IMG/VR virus record: IMGVR_UViG_3300045988_047412
Span: 1 to 41,316 of that record
DNA: 41,316 bases
Reading direction: 5' to 3' (one strand)
DNA from: a virus
The stretch's first letter is position 1. The number at the start of each line of letters is the position of its first letter. The translations under genes were made by a program, and so were the position numbers. Below, piece by piece: positions 6,482 through 14,055 of the stretch. The notes beneath the pieces are model-generated. The model was not told the DNA's origin, did not search any database, and saw nothing but the letters and a program-made list of their open reading frames with translations.

Positions 6482-7183
6482 ATGCTTTTAGACATTGACT
6501 TAATTCTTGCGCGGCCTAAAGGGCCGAATAACCCGTATGCCTATTATCCAGAACAGTATGAACAAAATTCATCACAAAGCATTATTGCGGCGAACTACAA
6601 ATATGATTTAACTCGTTTTTCGCAACATGAAGCGGATGTCGTCAGGAAAGTGCTGTCTATCGTTAAAACAAAGTACCCTGCGGAATTTCAGTCTCTTGGG
6701 CTTGTGAACGAGGCGTATGTAATAAAGTACAAGCCCCGATACGTACTTTTTGAAATTGCCGTAACAAAATATAGAAATTCGGCATCGGCTTTTGATAAAT
6801 TCGCGGTTGCTTATGCGTTTGCGAACAAAGGAGCTGATTTTAGGCTTGCTGCAATCGGAGCGTTTGAAGAAGCAATCGGAAAAATACCATTTACTGTTTT
6901 AGATAAATTTGCATCGTTAGACTTTACATTTACATGCAATATGTTTTCCAAGTTATACGAGCAAGAGTGGGAATTTGACAACGCCATATTTTGGTTAAAA
7001 AAGGCGATTCGCCGTGGTGGATTAAACAGCAAGTATTTCGCTGAGAGAATCAATAAAATAAAGAAAAGAAAAATTGACGTAATCAGGAACAACAAGCACA
7101 AGCGGAATAGACGGATATCTGTTGAAAACGAAAAATTTGAGCATGACGTACACGCTGCTGCATTACGATTTATTCAGGAGTAG
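6482..7183 (+). CDS. Hypothetical protein, first gene of the low-GC immunity island
   Basis: 233 aa counted from MLLDIDLILARPKG (the ORF track starts at an alternative codon at 6404). No motif recognised; basic KKRK-rich C-terminus. Confidence 0.6.
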   Translation: MLLDIDLILARPKGPNNPYAYYPEQYEQNSSQSIIAANYKYDLTRFSQHEADVVRKVLSIVKTKYPAEFQSLGLVNEAYVIKYKPRYVLFEIAVTKYRNSASAFDKFAVAYAFANKGADFRLAAIGAFEEAIGKIPFTVLDKFASLDFTFTCNMFSKLYEQEWEFDNAIFWLKKAIRRGGLNSKYFAERINKIKKRKIDVIRNNKHKRNRRISVENEKFEHDVHAAALRFIQE

Positions 7184-7185
7184 AT

Positions 7186-7623
7186 ATGCCAAAAAGAGAT
7201 ACAGTCCAACCAAACGTAGATTCGATAGCAGAAAAAGTTTCGGCTAAAAGCTGGAGCGAAGCATCATTTTCGAAAATGATCGGGAAACACAAGAGGTGGT
7301 TAAGTGAAGTAAGGCGTGGGAAAAATCTCCCATCCCCAGAAGAAGCCGCACGGATATGTCAGCTTCTTAAAGCTACTCCCGACGAAATTTTGTTGTGCGA
7401 GGGGGAAACCCCAGAAGCAACCGCAAAGTGCTTAGAGAATATTGAGACGGTGCGGAAACTGGTCGAGGCTGAGGGCATAAAAGAAACCCCCGATCCGAAG
7501 ATCGAGGGTGTGAGCGCGGAAGCGCAGGAAATATTAGATTATATCCGGGATGCGACACCCGCCGAACTGGCGGAAGTCTGCCGGTATATCGGGTATCTGA
7601 AAAGCAAGAGGGGCACGGAATGA
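7186..7623 (+). CDS. HTH DNA-binding protein, candidate CI-like repressor
   Basis: 145 aa; SFSKMIGKHKRWLSEVRRGKNLPSPEEAARICQLL HTH; RBS CAGGAG. Confidence 0.65.
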   Translation: MPKRDTVQPNVDSIAEKVSAKSWSEASFSKMIGKHKRWLSEVRRGKNLPSPEEAARICQLLKATPDEILLCEGETPEATAKCLENIETVRKLVEAEGIKETPDPKIEGVSAEAQEILDYIRDATPAELAEVCRYIGYLKSKRGTE

Positions 7624-8063
7624 AACTGAACCCAGATTGCTTGCGGGATATTATGCTTTTGGTCGAAGATCGTATTTCCGTTGAAACTGCGATTGAAAAT
7701 CCAAATGGGCTAAGAAAATTTAGCTATGTCAGCATTCCCTGTTTGGTGCGCTTGCTTCCTGACAGCTATTCAAAAGAAGAGATCATATATCATATTGTGC
7801 AGCTTTCAGAAAGCGGATACTTAAAAACAGATTTTTCCTTTGCAACAAGCGAAATGTTTGGATACTTTTACTTGAATACAATTTATCACATCACGCCAAA
7901 AGGCCATGACTTTATCGCAAACATCGGGGGAAAAGAAAGCTGGGCAAAAACAAACGCTGTTTTAAAATCCTTGAAGTCAATATCTCTATCGGTAATTGAA
8001 ACGGTGGCAAAGGGTATCACTTCGGCCATAGTAGATCAATACATTGCAGGCTTTCAGGCATAA
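7620..8063 (+). CDS. DUF2513-like protein
   Basis: MKLNPDCLRDIMLLVEDR... N-terminus typical of DUF2513 prophage proteins. ATGA overlap with the upstream gene. Confidence 0.55.
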   Translation: MKLNPDCLRDIMLLVEDRISVETAIENPNGLRKFSYVSIPCLVRLLPDSYSKEEIIYHIVQLSESGYLKTDFSFATSEMFGYFYLNTIYHITPKGHDFIANIGGKESWAKTNAVLKSLKSISLSVIETVAKGITSAIVDQYIAGFQA

Positions 8064-8286
8064 TACTGTACCCGCCGTCATTATTGGCGGTTACAGAAAT
8101 GGGAGCGCTCTTGAATGCTCCTTGCTTTAGCGTTTCATAATTGCTGCATTTAATAGCCTCCGCCAAACAGCCTGGAACAAGCGTAGCGCATTCCGCCGAA
8201 ATGCCAGACGCTTCTAATACGTTGAGACACGCGTTTACAGCTTTAAGGACGTTGGGATTTTCATACCACAATTGATTATACACCAT
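8017..8286 (-). CDS. Hypothetical protein
   Basis: 89 aa with a strong RBS (AAAGGAGGAAACG ATG). Convergent with 7620..8063 and overlaps it by 47 nt. Confidence 0.55.
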   Translation of the reverse strand: MVYNQLWYENPNVLKAVNACLNVLEASGISAECATLVPGCLAEAIKCSNYETLKQGAFKSAPISVTANNDGGYSIMPESLQCIDLLWPK

Positions 8287-8393
8287 CGTTTCCTCCTTTA
8301 ATCATTCGCAGCAATTCTACCTGTTCCTCTTGCGGCAAAAGCAGTACGGCATGCATCAGTTTGTTGCGAATTTCTTCAAGCTGTTCTGTTGCC

Positions 8394-8422
8394 ATTATAT
8401 CACAGTTTGCCGGTAAATCCAA
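8394..8422 (-). promoter_or_regulatory. Near-consensus promoter TTGGAT-N17-(TGa)TATAAT
   Basis: Minus strand reads TTGGATttaccggcaaactgtgaTATAAT; -35 = 8417..8422, -10 = 8394..8399. Drives gene 8017..8286. Confidence 0.6.
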
Positions 8423-8584
8423 CATCTATGTATCCTCCGTTCATCATTTGCGAATAGAACGTCTGTTCGATTATTATAGCACACCACCATGATTTTGCAA
8501 CCGAAAGATATGGGGGCATGACGGTTGCCCGCGCATATTGAATATTTACATATACGCATATAAAAGAATGAAAGGAGCTTTACT

Positions 8585-8833
8585 ATGGTTTGCCCTAATT
8601 GCGGAAGCGAAAATGTAACAATCTCTATGGAGCAAGTGTCAAGTAAAACCAAAAAGCACGGGAACGGCATCGGAGGCCATATCAACAATGCTGCTCGCGG
8701 CTTGATGGCGGTATCAACCCTTGGCATGTCTAATCTCGTGTGGAAGAAAAGCAAAGGTGGCGAAAAGACCGTTGTAAAAAATCAAAAGATTTGCCTTTGC
8801 CAGAATTGCGGAAACTCTTGGGAAATAAAGTAA
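8585..8833 (+). CDS. Zinc-ribbon protein
   Basis: MVCPNCGSENV...CLCQNCGNSWEIK; RBS GAAAGGAG. Confidence 0.7.
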   Translation: MVCPNCGSENVTISMEQVSSKTKKHGNGIGGHINNAARGLMAVSTLGMSNLVWKKSKGGEKTVVKNQKICLCQNCGNSWEIK

Positions 8834-8836
8834 GTG

Positions 8837-8879
8837 AAAAACCCGGCCCCGCCGCCTCTGCAACAAACGGCGGAGCCGG
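8837..8879 (-). terminator. Intrinsic terminator on the minus strand, an inverted homolog of the 6188 hairpin
   Basis: Minus strand: CCGGC-u-CCGCCGU-uuguugcagag-GCGGCGG-g-GCCGG then GTTTTTC. The U-G pair exists only on the minus strand. Confidence 0.6.
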
Positions 8880-9037
8880 AAGCAAGCCGGGGGACGTCGG
8901 CTTGCCGTAATCAAAGCGTAGCAAAAACAGGGTTGGGTGGGCAAGTCCCAAAGCTTGGTTTTTGGCATTTTCAGCCGTTTAAAAGTTTGTGCCGCCTTTA
9001 CCCATATTTTGATTTTGGGGGTAAGGAGGCACTTTTT

Positions 9038-9472
9038 ATGACAATTCAGGAAGTTTGTAAGGCGAAACGTAACGCTTTGGGTATGACCATTCAGGACATA
9101 GCTGAAGCATCGGGAATTCCGCCGTCTACCGTCAACAATTTCTTTACCCATGCTTCCAAGGCCCCCTATATCTCCACGGTTGGGCCAATATGCGCCGTCC
9201 TTGGCGTGTCGCTGGATGAATTTTACGGCATCGGAGATCATCTGACGGCCAGTGAGGAAACGTTGCAAGCGGAAAAGGACGGACTAGAACACCGCCTTGA
9301 GAATAAGCGGCAGACCATCGGCCTGATGGACACAGAACTGTGCAATCTTTGGCACTCCGTGAAGCTATACAGGTGGATCATACTCGGTTTGTCACTATTG
9401 ATCATCGGGCTTTTTGCCTGGTGCGTTTGGGTTGACATCCATTGTGCTAACTATGGATTTTGGAGGGGATAA
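9038..9472 (+). CDS. XRE-family HTH protein with a C-terminal transmembrane helix
   Basis: 144 aa; LGMTIQDIAEASGIPPSTVNNF HTH, coiled segment, then WIILGLSLLIIGLFAWCVWV. RBS TAAGGAGG; stops 2 nt before the integrase start. Confidence 0.75.
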   Translation: MTIQEVCKAKRNALGMTIQDIAEASGIPPSTVNNFFTHASKAPYISTVGPICAVLGVSLDEFYGIGDHLTASEETLQAEKDGLEHRLENKRQTIGLMDTELCNLWHSVKLYRWIILGLSLLIIGLFAWCVWVDIHCANYGFWRG

Positions 9473-9473
9473 C

Positions 9474-10814
9474 ATGTGCCAAAAAATAGTGGTCACTCTA
9501 CCAAAGAATCTACGCATCCGTGTAGCACTGTACATCAGGGTATCGACCGAAGAACAGGCGAAGCACGGACTGTCACTGGCAGACCAGCGGGAGGCCCTGA
9601 CGGCCTATGCCGCAGCACACAACATGGAGGTGGTGGGCATTTACGAGGACGCCGGAATTAGCGCCAGAAAGCCGTATAAAAAGCGTCCGGCCTTGATGCG
9701 CCTACTCGATGATTGCAACGCTGGGAAAGTCGACACCATCCTTTTTGTCAAGCTGGATAGGTGGTTTCGGAATGTGGCAGGGTACTACGCCGTGCAAGAG
9801 GTTCTCGACAAAAATCATGTGGCTTGGCAGGCCATCAGAGAGGACTACGAAACTCGGACTGCATCAGGGCGATTGAAGGTCAATATTATGTTGTCGGTAG
9901 CGCAGGACGAAGCTGACCGCACATCGGAGCGCATTAAGGCCATCAACGAGGGCAAGAGGGCAAAGGGTCAGCCCACCAACGGGAAAACTCCCATCGGCAT
10001 CTGCGTGAAGAATCGGCACTACGCCATTGATAAAGAAACCGCAGATGCGGCGCGAGATATGTTCCCAGCCTTTATACGGCTGCAAAGCATCCTTGCATTA
10101 AGGCGGTATATGGCAACGGAGTGGGGAATCAAACGCTCGTACAACAAATACAAGGATGCTTTGGGAAACCGGTTGTACTTGGGTGAGGCGTTCGGCGTGG
10201 AAAACGCATTGCCAGCACTCATCGATCAAGAAACCTTTGACCTTGCCGGAAAAATCCTTGAACGGCGAAGCCAGCGGAACGCCAGTGCGGATCGAATATA
10301 TTTGTTTACCGGGATTCTCCGCTGCCGGGAGTGCGGGAGAAACATGCAGCCGGAAACTGTAAAACAGGTGTACAAGTACTACCGATGCAGAACGCACACA
10401 CTCGACCCAGCCGACTGTCCGCACATTCTCAGGATCCGGGAAGATGTGCTGGAGGATTACCTTCTGCGGGAATTTGAGGGGATCGCAAAAAAGTATTACT
10501 CCAAATCAAAAACCGCAGAAAAAAAGCCGCCCAAAACGGCGGAGCAAATCAAGCGGAAAATGCAAAAACTGAAAGACCTGTATTTGTCGGATTTGATTGA
10601 AATCGAAGAATACAAAAAAGACTATACGGAATTGAAACAGCAGCTCGCGGCAATAAACCCAGAGCCTATAAAAGAATTTGACCTTGAAACATTACGGCGA
10701 GAGTTGAAGGAATATCCTGATTTAGACCGGCAGGCAAAAAAGGAATTCTGGGTACGCACAATCCAGCGCATCGACGCAGACAATGATGGTGCGTTTTTTA
10801 TAACGCCAAGTTAG
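9474..10814 (+). CDS. int: Large serine recombinase (phage integrase)
   Basis: 446 aa; ALYIRVSTEEQ...GLSLADQ resolvase catalytic domain, recombinase domain, zinc ribbon CRECG...YYRCRTH, C-terminal coiled coil. RBS GGAGGGGA. Confidence 0.9.
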   Translation: MCQKIVVTLPKNLRIRVALYIRVSTEEQAKHGLSLADQREALTAYAAAHNMEVVGIYEDAGISARKPYKKRPALMRLLDDCNAGKVDTILFVKLDRWFRNVAGYYAVQEVLDKNHVAWQAIREDYETRTASGRLKVNIMLSVAQDEADRTSERIKAINEGKRAKGQPTNGKTPIGICVKNRHYAIDKETADAARDMFPAFIRLQSILALRRYMATEWGIKRSYNKYKDALGNRLYLGEAFGVENALPALIDQETFDLAGKILERRSQRNASADRIYLFTGILRCRECGRNMQPETVKQVYKYYRCRTHTLDPADCPHILRIREDVLEDYLLREFEGIAKKYYSKSKTAEKKPPKTAEQIKRKMQKLKDLYLSDLIEIEEYKKDYTELKQQLAAINPEPIKEFDLETLRRELKEYPDLDRQAKKEFWVRTIQRIDADNDGAFFITPS

Positions 10815-10856
10815 TCTTATTTTCATGTCGCAACGCCTACGTTAAAATATAACTAA
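10811..10856. other. Candidate attP for the serine integrase
   Basis: 46-bp imperfect dyad right at the integrase stop: TTAGTCTTATTTTCATGTCGC-AA-CGCCTACGTTAAAATATAACTAA. Outer TTAGT/ACTAA and ATTTT/AAAAT match. Confidence 0.3.
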
Positions 10857-10881
10857 CCCCCCGGCATTTGCCGAGGGGGTT
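10855..10881. terminator. Bidirectional hairpin terminator between the convergent integrase and cargo operon
   Basis: AACCCCC-CGGC-attt-GCCG-a-GGGGGTT, with an A-rich run upstream and a T-rich run downstream. Confidence 0.7.
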
Positions 10882-10885
10882 AAGT

Positions 10886-11188
10886 TTAGTTTTCCAATTT
10901 CCGCATGACGCTATTATAAACCCGCTCGTTGACCACTTTCAAGCTGTCCATCAGCTCGTCCATGACCTCCCACGCACGGGCTGTGTCAACGTTAGACACC
11001 GCCCGGAGGAAATCGCTGTCAGGCGCGGGAGCCGCAGAATACGCCTCAGCCATACGGCTTTCCCTCACCGGCTCTCGGTTCTGGTTTTGGATGGTATACA
11101 GTGCCGCCAGTCTTTCATAGTTCGCCCAGCTGGACTCTTCTGTTTCTAACCGCTTGATCCATAGCGCCAATTCTCGCTCGTCAATCAT
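10886..11188 (-). CDS. Hypothetical helical protein (last gene of the cargo operon)
   Basis: 100-aa ORF, MIDERELALWIKRLETEESSW...; no motif recognised. Confidence 0.6.
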   Translation of the reverse strand: MIDERELALWIKRLETEESSWANYERLAALYTIQNQNREPVRESRMAEAYSAAPAPDSDFLRAVSNVDTARAWEVMDELMDSLKVVNERVYNSVMRKLEN

Positions 11189-11202
11189 TGGGGCCTACCC
11201 CC

Positions 11203-11568
11203 TTAGTCCTCCATCATGTCCATTGCACGGCGCAGGGCGTCCTTGATGCGGTCATCGTCGGTCTCGCGCATCATATCGTTGATCTGATCGCGCAGATGCT
11301 CAGTTGCGTCCGTGCGGCTGTAATGACCACGGACATAATGTCTCCGGGCATAGGAGCTGCCACGGCTGTAGCCACGCAGATCATCGTCCAGATAGCGCCC
11401 GGAATATCCACGCTCGTCCATCGCCTCGATCTTGTCGATATTTTTGATGGTGTCCGTCAGCTTGTGGGCAATGTCCAGATCCCCGGCACCCAGCTCGCCC
11501 TTGCGGATCAGCTCGTCAAGCTCTTTGCAAAGCATATCCCGCAGTTCATACATAGATTTCATTCCCAT
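11203..11568 (-). CDS. Hypothetical protein with a helical N-domain and a basic Tyr/Arg/Ser/Gly-rich segment
   Basis: MGMKSMYELRDMLCKELDELIRKGELGAGDLDIAHKLTDTIKNIDKIE...GYSGRY...YSRGSSYARRHYVRGHYSR; RBS AAAGGAG. Confidence 0.65.
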   Translation of the reverse strand: MGMKSMYELRDMLCKELDELIRKGELGAGDLDIAHKLTDTIKNIDKIEAMDERGYSGRYLDDDLRGYSRGSSYARRHYVRGHYSRTDATEHLRDQINDMMRETDDDRIKDALRRAMDMMED

Positions 11569-11582
11569 TGTGTTCTCCTTTC

Positions 11583-12008
11583 TCAGCAAACTCTGGTAAT
11601 GATAAGGTTCGCGTTGCTCACGTCAATAGACTCGTCGCTAACGTTGCGGATGGACAGCGACGCGCAGCAGCCCTTTGTAACGTCAACGTACTCGGACGCC
11701 GCCACGTTGAAAAATGCCCCCGCAACCGTGGGCGTCACCGTCGCAACGGAGGACGGGAGCGGCTCACCGTCAACCGCAATGGCAACGGAGATGGGGCCGG
11801 GGGTCCCGCCGGTGCTTACGGCAATATTGCCGATAAAGTCCACCTTATAGCGGACGCGGCACTGGGAGCAGTTACCACGGAGGTTAAACAGGCCGGAGCC
11901 TGCGCGGTGCGTCACAAGGCCCTTAGTGCAGGGGATCGGTGCTTCCGTAAAAAGCACGTTCTGGTTTGCCGCTACGGTCTGTGCGGCAATGGCAGTGTAT
12001 TCAGGCAT
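11583..12008 (-). CDS. BclA-C-terminal-like (C1q/TNF jelly-roll-like) domain protein
   Basis: 141 aa. The pattern Q.V..NQNVLF...G..H..GSGLFNL.G...Y.V.F...V...G..ISVAIAVDG..LP.S......A...N.....V.....SLSIRN.S...I.V..ANL.I.R resembles exosporium BclA C-terminal domains. Six Cys, including the terminal C. Confidence 0.5.
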   Translation of the reverse strand: MPEYTAIAAQTVAANQNVLFTEAPIPCTKGLVTHRAGSGLFNLRGNCSQCRVRYKVDFIGNIAVSTGGTPGPISVAIAVDGEPLPSSVATVTPTVAGAFFNVAASEYVDVTKGCCASLSIRNVSDESIDVSNANLIITRVC

Positions 12009-12124
12009 AGAAATCTCCTTTCATAAAATCAGCGGCAGGGCTACTGCCCCGCCGCTTTGTCATCAGTATCGGCATGGGGCCGACCATTTCCCCGACATGG
12101 AGGAAAAGCTACGTTATGCAGTTG

Positions 12125-12841
12125 TCAGCAACCGCATCCGGCAAACTGGTTGCAGCAATAGGGGTTCTGCACCGTGTAGGCCGGAATGGGAGAAGGCCGG
12201 AGCTGAGAAACCAGATAGCTGTTCTGTGCCGCCTGAGATGCGGCCAGCTTCAAGCCCTGGTTCTCGCTCTGGAGATCCTGCAGCTTGCTCTGGGTCAGGA
12301 AATCCAAAATGGCGCGGCTGTTGCTGTTGGCATTGTCGATAATGTCCCGGGTGGCGTTCTGCACCGTGTTCCGGGTATCGCACGCCTGCGCGGCCATGTC
12401 ATAGCGCACGCCCTCGATGCTGCGCTGGGTGTTGCAGCAGCACTCAGCGGCCTGCATCTGCATGGCAGTCAACTGCTGCATGAGAGCCGCCTGCTGGTTA
12501 CTGCGGGAAAGCTCAGCCTGCCCAAAGCCGTTTGCCATCGCCATGTTGGTGCCGTTGATAAGCTGCGCCTGCTGGTAAAATCCGTCGCAAAGCCCCTGAT
12601 TTACACTGTCGATCTTGCGCTCGACATTGGCAAAATCAGAGGTCAGGACATAACCGTCCATCACGCCGTTGCCGCCGCCACCGAAACCAAAGCCGTTACC
12701 CCAGCCACCGAACGCAGCGAAAATGAGGAACAGCACGATCCACCATGCGCCATCGCCGCCCCAGCCGAAGCCGTTACCGTTTCCGGTGTTGGCAGGAGCC
12801 ACAGGCATAGTCAGCATGGTGCCGTCAGAGGAAAGAGACAT
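12125..12841 (-). CDS. Gly-rich membrane protein with a Gln-rich coiled region and a Cys-rich C-terminus
   Basis: 238 aa; GNGNGFGWGGDGAWWIVLFLIFAAFGGWGNGFGFGGGGNG (YjcZ-like tiny-TM composition); AAECCCNTQ; C-terminal NPYCCNQFAGCGC. RBS AAAAGGAG. Confidence 0.7.
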   Translation of the reverse strand: MSLSSDGTMLTMPVAPANTGNGNGFGWGGDGAWWIVLFLIFAAFGGWGNGFGFGGGGNGVMDGYVLTSDFANVERKIDSVNQGLCDGFYQQAQLINGTNMAMANGFGQAELSRSNQQAALMQQLTAMQMQAAECCCNTQRSIEGVRYDMAAQACDTRNTVQNATRDIIDNANSNSRAILDFLTQSKLQDLQSENQGLKLAASQAAQNSYLVSQLRPSPIPAYTVQNPYCCNQFAGCGC

Positions 12842-12894
12842 AGTATCACTCCTTTTGAAAAAATATTTATATCAAACCGTGGCCACGATTTTGA

Positions 12895-13116
12895 TTACTT
12901 GAAAAGCCCCTGAAATTGGTTTGCCATTGACTGTATCTTGTTCAACTGATCTTGTGAGATTTTGCCGCTTTGCAGCATCTTCTCCACTTCCGCTTTTGGG
13001 TCGCCTTTAAAACTTGCCTTGAACTGCTTGAACTGCTGTAAAAGCTGAGGAAAGCCGCTCATCGACCCCGGCATCTGTCCGCCACCTAACGCATTGAAAA
13101 ACGGATTGTTACTCAT
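12895..13116 (-). CDS. Small hypothetical protein
   Basis: 73 aa, MSNNPFFNALGGGQMPG...; overlaps the upstream gene by 8 nt. Confidence 0.6.
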   Translation of the reverse strand: MSNNPFFNALGGGQMPGSMSGFPQLLQQFKQFKASFKGDPKAEVEKMLQSGKISQDQLNKIQSMANQFQGLFK

Positions 13117-13543
13117 CGTCCTCTTCCTCCTCTACCTTGCGCTTCTTCTTGCCCTTCAATTCGCCCACAAGCGCCGCTAGTGCGTCGAATTCTTTTCTGG
13201 TGACAAACTCCACGCCCTTTTCCTGCGTGGCTGTACGGGGCGTTTCTGTGCGTTCTACGAGGTCATAAATCGTGAGGGACGGTTTACCGCTGGCATCCGC
13301 CTTCTTGAGGTACACCGTAGGCGCGGAGCTGTCCCACAAAGCCACGGCGGCATTGGGCGCAATCATCCAGTTCCGGGCCTCCTGTTCGCCGCTGACCCAC
13401 TGCACACCGCTCTGCGCCACCGGATTCTGAGGAGGCTGTGGTGCCATCATTGGAGGCATCTGCTGTTGACGGAGTTGTGCCAGATTATCCGGCATGGGCT
13501 GTGCATAATAAGGGTTTTGCCATCCGTAAGGTGTGTAAGCCAT
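13109..13543 (-). CDS. Pro/Gln-rich hypothetical protein
   Basis: Start taken at the second ATG, 9 nt after AAGGAGG. P/Q/M-rich N-terminus, conserved-looking core VQWVSGEQEARNWMIAPNAAVALWD, acidic-basic tail. Confidence 0.65.
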   Translation of the reverse strand: MAYTPYGWQNPYYAQPMPDNLAQLRQQQMPPMMAPQPPQNPVAQSGVQWVSGEQEARNWMIAPNAAVALWDSSAPTVYLKKADASGKPSLTIYDLVERTETPRTATQEKGVEFVTRKEFDALAALVGELKGKKKRKVEEEEDDE

Positions 13544-13544
13544 T

Positions 13545-13925
13545 TTAGTCATCCTCCTTGACCCAGTAATACAAGATGTTCTCGTTGCTGCTGTCCCAGC
13601 TGTCCCAGATCATGCCGTCGCAGACGCAGACCACATGGCCGGACAGAGCCAGAATATAGGTGCCTTTTGGGTGATCCTCCGCAAATTGGCCCACCGTGTA
13701 GCAGTCTGGGCAGGTGTCCGGCACGATGTACCGCCGATATCCGATGCTGCGGAGATACCGCCCCCAACAGGCGTTTGCCGACGGCATATCCCCGTCCAGA
13801 TACCCTTGGATACAGAGCCGCAAATAAATTTCGCCCCAATCCATCCCGGTAGCCTTGACGATTGCCCGCACGGTGCAGTCCCCTACATTTTTCCCGCAGG
13901 GGTTGGGGTTGAAATGGTTATACAT
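13545..13925 (-). CDS. Hypothetical protein with a papain-like Cys/His arrangement
   Basis: MYNHFNPNPCGKNVGDCTVRAI ... LSGHVVCVCDGMIWDSWDS. The Cys...His...Asp order is compatible with a cysteine-peptidase fold (inference only). Confidence 0.5.
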   Translation of the reverse strand: MYNHFNPNPCGKNVGDCTVRAIVKATGMDWGEIYLRLCIQGYLDGDMPSANACWGRYLRSIGYRRYIVPDTCPDCYTVGQFAEDHPKGTYILALSGHVVCVCDGMIWDSWDSSNENILYYWVKEDD

Positions 13926-14055
13926 ACTCCCTCCGGTCATCGTAGATCAGCTCAATCATGCGCACACAGCGTTCCAGCTCCGCTGGATCGGTCTGCGCAA
14001 CAATATCTCGCGCCAACTCCACCGGATACCCGCAGGCCAAAAGCCGCTCGTACAT
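13918..14055 (-). CDS. 45-aa hypothetical protein, first gene of the cargo operon
   Basis: MYERLLACGYPVELARDIVAQTDPAELERCVRMIELIYDDRREYV; RBS AAAGGAGG 8 nt upstream. Confidence 0.5.
   Translation of the reverse strand: MYERLLACGYPVELARDIVAQTDPAELERCVRMIELIYDDRREYV

Noticed and set aside
8279-8395. 38-codon ORF (MATEQLEEIRNKLMHAVLLLPQEEQVELLRMIKGGNDGV) upstream of gene 8017..8286; considered as a possible antitoxin-like partner
   Set aside because: It has no SD, and its ATG lies inside the -10 hexamer of the near-consensus promoter at 8394-8422. The predicted transcript therefore starts downstream of the ATG, and the stretch is more likely a 5' leader.
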